A stretch of 64,000 bases of DNA from the NCBI GenBank assembly GCA_965216565.1, contig OZ244170.1, forward strand, positions 5,147,747-5,211,746, written 5' to 3'. The position numbers and the translations under genes were made by a program. The notes under the pieces are model-generated. The model was not told the DNA's origin. It saw only the letters and a program-made list of their open reading frames with translations, and ran no database searches. The DNA is from Bythopirellula sp. (GTDB lineage Bacteria > Planctomycetota > Planctomycetia > Pirellulales > Lacipirellulaceae). Shown in pieces: positions 57,567 through 64,000 of the stretch; positions within the stretch are counted from its first letter, which is position 1; every line of letters begins with the position of its first letter.

Positions 57567-58492
57567 TAACCATCCACCGGCGTCGCCACCACTTCCACTG
57601 GCCCGACCTCGGTATCGAGCGTGGTACCCACGCTATTGGCAATGCGACGCACCATCGCGATGCCGATCGGCGCTTCCAGGATTGGCGACCAGGCAACCGA
57701 GGTCGCCGCGCCGACGGGTTTGCTGTCGTTGAGCAGCATGATGCCCGGTGCCGGCTGGGAGTCGGCCGGAAATTTGACCGTTACCAATTGTTTGTTCACG
57801 TGCCCCAGCGCGTCGAGCCGCGCAACCGTCTCCTGGCCCAGGTAACAGCCTTTGTTAAAGTTGATTGCCTGCTCGTTGCGAGCGACCTCCTGGGGCAGGT
57901 GGTCGGCGTTGAAATCGACGCCGTACAGCGGCAGGCCGGCTTCGAGGCGAAAGCTGTCCCATGCTTCGTCCGGGCACTCTGTAGCACCGTTCGCGACTAG
58001 CTTTTCATGCAGCTTTGCGGTTGTCGTGTTTTCTGTGATTGCCAACTGGGCGGTGCCCCTTGGCAATGCCACAAACGCGGCCAGAAATCCGACGCCCGCA
58101 CCCTCCGTCACCGCTTCCGCTTTTTCGCCTGCGATGAAAGTAACGTCTCTTGCGTCCGTGCAATCGGCTAGTTGCACATCTTCGCGGATGATATAGCGAT
58201 CGAGATGCCCGATCAGGTTGTCCGCCTGGTCGGGGACGGTGATCAAATAGATCGTATCGTCGGTGAGCAGCACGAACACATGGGCAATAATCTTGCCCTT
58301 CACATCGGTGCAGAATGCTTCGCAACCTTGGCCCGGCTCGAGTGTTTTGATTTCGTTGGTGCACATGTTGTGCAGGAAGATGTGGCGATCGTCCCCGGTA
58401 AGCGTGACCACCGTCCAGCCCTCTAAGTGAACAAGGCCGCACCCGGAGTGCAGAGCTTCGTAGGCGGCAGTGATCGGTTCGCTATGGGGCAT
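57566..58492 (-). CDS. ygfZ: Folate-binding protein YgfZ
   Basis: TGDDRHIFLHN, RLEAGLP, KGCYLGQETVAR. Confidence 0.92.
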   Translation of the reverse strand: MPHSEPITAAYEALHSGCGLVHLEGWTVVTLTGDDRHIFLHNMCTNEIKTLEPGQGCEAFCTDVKGKIIAHVFVLLTDDTIYLITVPDQADNLIGHLDRYIIREDVQLADCTDARDVTFIAGEKAEAVTEGAGVGFLAAFVALPRGTAQLAITENTTTAKLHEKLVANGATECPDEAWDSFRLEAGLPLYGVDFNADHLPQEVARNEQAINFNKGCYLGQETVARLDALGHVNKQLVTVKFPADSQPAPGIMLLNDSKPVGAATSVAWSPILEAPIGIAMVRRIANSVGTTLDTEVGPVEVVATPVDG

Positions 58493-58494
58493 GG

Positions 58495-59703
58495 CTAATC
58501 GCCCGTCACTTCCAGCACCAGCTTGTGGGCATCTTCGAGCACCACGATATTCTCGAACGACTCGGTCAATCGCTGCAATTCTGTCGCCGATTCGATGGGC
58601 GTAAAGCCCAGGTCTTCAACCAAATCAGACGGCAAATGGCTATTGAGATAGACGGCCCCGCGATCAAGCGCACTGCACAGCTGTAAAGCAATGTTTTTGT
58701 CAGGTGCCCGGACACGGCCCAGGCTCTTGGTGAGCTGGGCGTAGTCACGATTGCCGCCCAAGGTGCGCACTGCGGGCCCCGGCAATTCTGCAAGCTGCGA
58801 ACAGACAACGATCGCGCCGCCGGGGCGAAGGGCTGTTTCAGCACAATCTAATGCTTGGGCCAACTGCTGCCACGTTTGCCCTTCTTCTTGGCTCATCGTG
58901 GCAATCACCAGTTCACCGGTTTCGCCCAACGATTGATTCCAAACCTCGCCATATTGTTCCGCAGCCATGTTGGCAACCGCGCTTGGCTCTCCCGCTACAA
59001 TCGCCGCCACGGTTCCCGAGGGGCCAGGGACGATGCGCACGGTGATGGCAACGCCCAGGAGCCAACCAGCTTCGTCCGACTCGGTCTGGCATTTCTTTCT
59101 GTCGCGAGGAGATTGCTTGCTCAGGCTTTTTTGGAATCGACTGATCGTGTCGCCATCAGCAAACTCAGGATACAGCCCCGCAAACTTAGTCTGGTTCTCT
59201 TCACCCATCGAGCCCTTGGCCAACGTTACCGGCAGAACCAAATCGGCCTCGCCGATTTCCCGATTCATCCGCAGGGGTTCGCCTGACTTGGTGATGCTCA
59301 CGAGCGAACATTCTTCCTCGTTGCTTGGATCGTGGATGCGTAGGTCGATCCCGGCAGTATCCGCTAACTCTTGTAGTTGAGCTCCAGTATCGGAATGCGA
59401 CTGGGCTGCAACATAGGTCGTTTGCGAGGGTTCGATGCCCGCGTCGGCTAGCGCCGCCACGAGACCCTCAATCACCTCGGCCAGCATTGGCACGCCCTGC
59501 TCGAGGGCCACCACGACATGGTCGCCCGGCACCGTGGCGGCAGCGAGAGGAGGAAAGTCGATTGGTTTAGCCAATGCTGCGCGAAGAATCTCTGCCACAG
59601 CAGCACGATCCAAAGCCGCCCCCTCAGGAGGACCAATTCGCTGGCAACCTGCGAGTTCGAGCTGATGCTCCTCACCGTCGCCATATTGAAGTGTAGTGCT
59701 CAT
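58495..59703 (-). CDS. Lactate racemase LarA-like (DUF2088) protein, degenerate
   Basis: ALAKPIDFPPL, IHDP, MNRE..EADLVL, RPGGAIV; start taken at ATG 59703. Confidence 0.7.
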   Translation of the reverse strand: MSTTLQYGDGEEHQLELAGCQRIGPPEGAALDRAAVAEILRAALAKPIDFPPLAAATVPGDHVVVALEQGVPMLAEVIEGLVAALADAGIEPSQTTYVAAQSHSDTGAQLQELADTAGIDLRIHDPSNEEECSLVSITKSGEPLRMNREIGEADLVLPVTLAKGSMGEENQTKFAGLYPEFADGDTISRFQKSLSKQSPRDRKKCQTESDEAGWLLGVAITVRIVPGPSGTVAAIVAGEPSAVANMAAEQYGEVWNQSLGETGELVIATMSQEEGQTWQQLAQALDCAETALRPGGAIVVCSQLAELPGPAVRTLGGNRDYAQLTKSLGRVRAPDKNIALQLCSALDRGAVYLNSHLPSDLVEDLGFTPIESATELQRLTESFENIVVLEDAHKLVLEVTGD

Positions 59704-59730
59704 TACATTCACAAAGAATCCTACCGCTTA

Positions 59731-59849
59731 GAATCGAGAAAAAATTCCTATTTGTTTTCCCCCTCCACCTCGCCTTGGCGAGTCGCCTAAGGAGACCTAA
59801 CCTCTCCCCAAAGGGCGAGGGACCAAGGAGAATTTTTTTGCCTCGATTC
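59731..59849. mobile_element. MITE-like element carrying the 24-bp insert
   Basis: TIRs gaatcgagaaaaaattc / gaatttttttgcctcgattc; core ccctccacct[insert]acctaacctctccccaaagggcgaggga. Confidence 0.7.
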
Positions 59850-59910
59850 ATTACTCTACAAATACGACCTTGGCCGGTTGTCCTCAACCGGGGATAATGA
59901 CTCGATAGTT

Positions 59911-60082
59911 TGACGGTGTTCGACAATTCCTAGTGGTACTGAAGGACGTGAAGCGTACTGTCACCTTGCCCCGGCGAGTCGCCTGAGGTGCCCCGAGACG
60001 TCTAGCCAGATTCCTCGGCAGACCTCGGAATGACAGCTCCTGACGTAGCTGGCTAATTGGGCCACGTTTCCGGACACCGTCA
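59911..60082. repeat. Nested repeat structure
   Basis: Outer IR tgacggtgttcg / cggacaccgtca; inner TGTCA...TGACA element 59959-60035 with a diverged copy of the 24-bp insert at 59967-59990. Confidence 0.6.
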
Positions 60083-60175
60083 GACACTTTATTGACGCAG
60101 CCTGATGCCGATCGGTCAAGTGCTGCTATTTTCAGAATCCCAGATCGCCCGCGAACAGCCCCTCGGATAACTACT

Positions 60176-61618
60176 ATGATTCTCTCGGAATCCCTCCCCA
60201 GCCTGCGTCCTCGATTGTCCGCATTATCCCTCTGCTGGGTTGTCACGCTCGCAATCCTCGGCTGTTCGGGTGCAAGCGTCGAGACCGAAACGATTTCCCC
60301 GGAGGCACCCACCGATTCGCTCACCGCCGAACAGGTGCTTTCGAAGATGCTGCAAACCTACCGGGGAGTAAAAACCTATGCCGACCAGGCGACATATTCG
60401 CGCCGCCGCGTCAAGAAAAGCGAAGGCGTGCCCCGCGAGCAGGTGATTCACGAGATGTCCTTGGCCCTGGAGAAGCCAAATAAAATCCGTTTCAAGATGA
60501 ATCAGATGTATCCCAAGTCGAGACAGAACGTCAGCTACGACGTGGCATCCAATGGAGAGATCATGCACTCGGTGGCGGGAATTCTGAAAGAGCAAATCCA
60601 CGAAACGGAGGCCCCGGCACAACTGACGCTGGAAAACTTCATTCCCGAGCCCAATATCCGCAAAGCGGCACTAGAAGTGTCGCTAGAAAACATCTACCCG
60701 CAATTGGCCATGATGCTCACCGAGGGGAATGGCGAAAAAGTATTTCCCAAAGACAATCGTCCTCGATTAATCTCGGAAGAGAAGCTTGGCGATCGCATGT
60801 GCCATCGTGTCGTCATGGAAAGTTTGGCAGGGAAGCGAACTTTGTGGATCGACGCGGAAACGCATCTCTTGTTGCGGATGGAACTTCCCATTGAAGGGGA
60901 AATGAAGTCGCTCGACCCGCAGAAGCGATTTAGCGAGTACTCAATCTGGATCGACTACAAAGACGTTTGGATCGATTCCGAGATCGAAGACGAACGTTTT
61001 GTGATGGAGATTCCTGAAGGCGCGAGGCGCGTGAGCAAACTCGTGTTGCCACCCACCGGGGGCCCGCCACCTGCCCTCGGCAAGCCCGTAGGCAACTATT
61101 CCTTTACCACGCTCGACACCGAAGAGGAAATCACCCCCGATTCGCACCCCGATAAAGTCGTGGTGCTCGACTTTTGGTCCGTCACCTGCCCGCCTTGCCG
61201 CGAGCACACGCCTGTGTTGGAGGAGGTCTATCAGAAACTGAAAGACGAAGAGCGCTTTGTGTTCTATGCCGTGAATGCAAACCTCCGCAAAGCCAAGCTT
61301 AGCAACGACGATGTGCAAGAAGTCTTCGACAGTTGGGGCGGCACATTCCCTGTGCTCCGCGATCTGGAGGAAACCAGCGACTTCGAACTGGGCATCCGCG
61401 CTTATCCTCACACGGTGATTGTGGGGCCAGACGGTCGATTGCAGTTCGACGAAGCCGGCATGCATACTAAGCCCGAACCACTGCTGGAGATTGTGCAGAA
61501 ACTGCTCGATGGCGGCGACCCTGCCGCCGAGGCGATCGCCCAGCACCAGGAAAAAATCGATCAGTTCGAAAGAGACCTGGAAGCTGCCACCATTGGCGAG
61601 GTAGAATCTGGCCCGTGA
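60176..61618 (+). CDS. Lipoprotein: LolA/DUF2092-like domain fused to TlpA-type thioredoxin
   Basis: Lipobox ILGC; LEKPNKIRF and LWIDAETHLLLRME beta-strands; VVVLDFWSVTCPPC; AYPHT. Confidence 0.8.
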   Translation: MILSESLPSLRPRLSALSLCWVVTLAILGCSGASVETETISPEAPTDSLTAEQVLSKMLQTYRGVKTYADQATYSRRRVKKSEGVPREQVIHEMSLALEKPNKIRFKMNQMYPKSRQNVSYDVASNGEIMHSVAGILKEQIHETEAPAQLTLENFIPEPNIRKAALEVSLENIYPQLAMMLTEGNGEKVFPKDNRPRLISEEKLGDRMCHRVVMESLAGKRTLWIDAETHLLLRMELPIEGEMKSLDPQKRFSEYSIWIDYKDVWIDSEIEDERFVMEIPEGARRVSKLVLPPTGGPPPALGKPVGNYSFTTLDTEEEITPDSHPDKVVVLDFWSVTCPPCREHTPVLEEVYQKLKDEERFVFYAVNANLRKAKLSNDDVQEVFDSWGGTFPVLRDLEETSDFELGIRAYPHTVIVGPDGRLQFDEAGMHTKPEPLLEIVQKLLDGGDPAAEAIAQHQEKIDQFERDLEAATIGEVESGP

Positions 61619-61680
61619 AACGTAAGAACCAACGGCCAGCCCAGAGCGTCAGCGAAGGGATCACCACACCGAGAACGAAT

Positions 61681-63063
61681 ATGCCAATCACGACCGACAA
61701 GATGACAGACTGGTGCGAGACTTTACTGGCGGGTCGCGCTGCGGCCCCCGACATGGAGTTGGTCGATTATCTTGAGTCGATTCCCCGACTGGATTCGCTA
61801 AGCGACCTGCCTTCGGGAACGCCGGTAGCCATCCGGGGCGATGTCGATGCCAAACCGGGAGACAAAATTGGTGAGGGAGACATTCGGCTCCGTTCGATGG
61901 TCGACACACTCAAGTTTGGTCTAGAACGCGGGTGGAAGCTGATCGTCTTCGGCCACATCGGCCGCAAGCCAGAAGGCAGTCTCGACAAAGTGGCCAAACG
62001 TTTGGGCGAATTGCTCGAGTGCGAAGTCCCCTTGGTAACTGACTGGCTCGATGAAAAAACCGATACCGTCGCCGACTCGGTTCAAGCCAGAATCGACGCT
62101 GCCGAGCCCGGGACTATTCTTGTTCTCGAAAATACGCGTCGCTACGACATCGAACGAGTGCTGTGGAAAGCAAAAAAATCAGACCTGCCGGAGTTCGTGG
62201 AAAGGCTGACCAACTTTGCCAATTCATTTGCCGAGAAGGTTGCTAAGGTCTATATCCACGAGGCATTCTCCGCCGGCAGTCTCGATGCTTCGAGCACGGT
62301 GGTCCCCGCCGCCATGGATCGCGTGGCGATGGGACATTACGAGGCGGGTGAGTTTGACGGGCCGATGCGGAAGTGCCTGGCGACGGATCTCGTTGTATTC
62401 AGCGGGCTCAAGATCGACAAACTCGACGATCTGGAAGCCATGATCGGCCGAGGAAAAATCCGCCACGTGTTTGCCGCGGGCTCCCTGGCGATGGCCCTGA
62501 AAAAGGCGATCGCTCAGGTGGATGGCCACGAGTGCTGCTTGGGACTGGCCGAGGACCCTTCTCACTCCGACAAGCCTTACTTCATTCCCGACGAGCGGAT
62601 CGCCCAGGCCAAAGCCATGATCATCGATGGGCGAGAAAAAGGCATCGAGTTTGTCGTGCCCGTTGATTCGGTGATCGAGGACGGATCGGTGGTCGATAGT
62701 CTTGAGCCTGACCAGCAGCAATTCGACATCGGGCCCAAGTCGAGTGAGTTGTTCGAGCAGAAAATTGGCGCGTTTCTCGAACAGGCCGAGCCGGGAACGG
62801 TCGCTTTCCACAATGGCGTGTTCGGAATGTTCGAGGATCCCCGCTTCGAGGCGGGTACCAAACGGTTCACCACACAACTGAAGCGAATGACCGACGCCGG
62901 TGTGGAAGTGTTTATTGGCGGGGGCGAGGGCGGCAAGTCGCTGGAACGTTACGGCGAGCCGAATTGGGTCACGCACGTATTCACCGCGGGTGGGACGGTT
63001 CTCAACGCCCTGGGTAGCGAACCGGTGCCCTATTTAGTGGCATTGCGTCTGGCAGCTCAATAA
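61681..63063 (+). CDS. pgk: Phosphoglycerate kinase-family protein (divergent)
   Basis: IRGD, GHIGR, LENTR, DIGP, NGVFGMFE, GGGE, TAGG; start taken at ATG 61681. Confidence 0.75.
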   Translation: MPITTDKMTDWCETLLAGRAAAPDMELVDYLESIPRLDSLSDLPSGTPVAIRGDVDAKPGDKIGEGDIRLRSMVDTLKFGLERGWKLIVFGHIGRKPEGSLDKVAKRLGELLECEVPLVTDWLDEKTDTVADSVQARIDAAEPGTILVLENTRRYDIERVLWKAKKSDLPEFVERLTNFANSFAEKVAKVYIHEAFSAGSLDASSTVVPAAMDRVAMGHYEAGEFDGPMRKCLATDLVVFSGLKIDKLDDLEAMIGRGKIRHVFAAGSLAMALKKAIAQVDGHECCLGLAEDPSHSDKPYFIPDERIAQAKAMIIDGREKGIEFVVPVDSVIEDGSVVDSLEPDQQQFDIGPKSSELFEQKIGAFLEQAEPGTVAFHNGVFGMFEDPRFEAGTKRFTTQLKRMTDAGVEVFIGGGEGGKSLERYGEPNWVTHVFTAGGTVLNALGSEPVPYLVALRLAAQ

Positions 63064-63446
63064 CCGCCTCGAATAAGCTGCCGGCTAATCTCAGCCCACC
63101 GCGAATCGATTCCGAACTCATTCCCCGCGCCCAGTTATACGGCTTCTAACGTCACTGCGGGATCTATTCCCTCTCCGTATAACCGTCATATGTTGGTTCG
63201 ATTGATACGAGCCAGACAGCCCCAATCGGGAATTCGACAGGAGTCGGCAAATTGCTGAATCTCGTCAAGCTACGGTGAGAATGCCGACGATAGCTCTTGA
63301 TAACCAATTGAGCGTTAGTCGCTTTCGTTTGGTCCGTTCGCTTTATTATCGCACCGGCACAAAACCACTAACTACGAAGTGCGGGCGAGGCGAGTTTACG
63401 ACGAACAGCGGCACAAGTGTTTCCCCCCTTTATTAGGAGCCTCCCG

Positions 63447-64000
63447 ATGAAAAATAACCTTCTTCTGTCGACGCTGGGTTTGAGCGTCGCAATCGCATTG
63501 AGCAGTGCGTCGAGCGCTAACGCGTTCTTCGGCATGCTTGGCGGTTGTGGTAGCGAACCTAGCTGTGGTTGTTCGGACAACTGTTGCGAGCCAGCATGCG
63601 GTTGTGCGGATTCTTGCTGTGAGCCATCCTGTGGATGTGCCGACAGCTGCTGTGACCCTTGTGGCTGCTGCTGCAAGAAAAAGCGTTGTGGTTTGCTCGA
63701 GCGATGCCGTGCTCGTCGCGCTGCTAAGAAGTGCTGCTGCGAGCCATGCTGTGGTTGCGCCGGCGGTTGCTGCGAAGCTTCCTGCGGTTGTGCCGATAGC
63801 TGCTGCAATGGTGGCGGATGCTGCGAAGCTAGCTGTGGCTGTGCCGACAGCTGCTGTGAGCCTTCCTGCGGATGTGCCGACTCCTGCTGCGATCCTTGTG
63901 GCTGCTGCTGCAAGAAGCGTTGCGGTCTGCTCGAGCGATGCCGTGCTCGTCGCGCTGCTAAGAAGTGCTGCTGCGAGCCATGCTGTGGTTGCGCCGGCGG
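63447..64000 (+). CDS. Secreted cysteine-rich repeat protein (3' end outside window)
   Basis: Not in ORF track. RBS taggag; MKNNLLLSTLGLSVAIALSSASSANA signal peptide, then CCEPSCGCADS repeats; frame open to window end. Confidence 0.88.
   Translation, partial: MKNNLLLSTLGLSVAIALSSASSANAFFGMLGGCGSEPSCGCSDNCCEPACGCADSCCEPSCGCADSCCDPCGCCCKKKRCGLLERCRARRAAKKCCCEPCCGCAGGCCEASCGCADSCCNGGGCCEASCGCADSCCEPSCGCADSCCDPCGCCCKKRCGLLERCRARRAAKKCCCEPCCGCAG

Noticed and set aside
59850..60170. Structured ncRNA between larA-like and tlpA
   Set aside because: Pairing is explained by nested repeat elements; no known RNA family motif recognised
63368..63913. Gln/Pro-rich minus-strand ORF in the track
   Set aside because: Antisense of the Cys-rich gene, which has the RBS, signal peptide and synonymous-site variation

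Overview
Mostly core chromosome of a planctomycete, probably Pirellulales/Lacipirellulaceae-like. This is inferred from a DUF1598 protein, PQQ-type beta-propellers and four PEP-CTERM proteins with dockerin-like tails. Housekeeping genes: lpxA (partial), mtaB, clpS, serS, sppA, rdgB, oppABC without ATPase, rsmG, truB, ftsK, glmM, apbE, kdsB, glmS, ygfZ, a divergent pgk and a tRNA with CAT anticodon. Accessory genes: a TadE-TadG(vWA)-TadE cluster, a pair of secreted paralogs, a four-gene sulfotransfer module, and a secreted Cys-rich repeat protein cut by the window end and absent from the ORF track. The main non-genic signal is at least six families of short intergenic inverted repeats, often nested. 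One 36-bp pair brackets an AT-rich membrane-protein gene and supplies most of its ribosome-binding site. A 24-bp hairpin with a 4-bp duplication sits inside a MITE-like element, for which an empty copy is also present. Several enzyme homologs (S2P, LarA, PGK) have altered catalytic motifs. No CRISPR array, integrase or transposase was seen. All calls come from manual reading, with no database searches.
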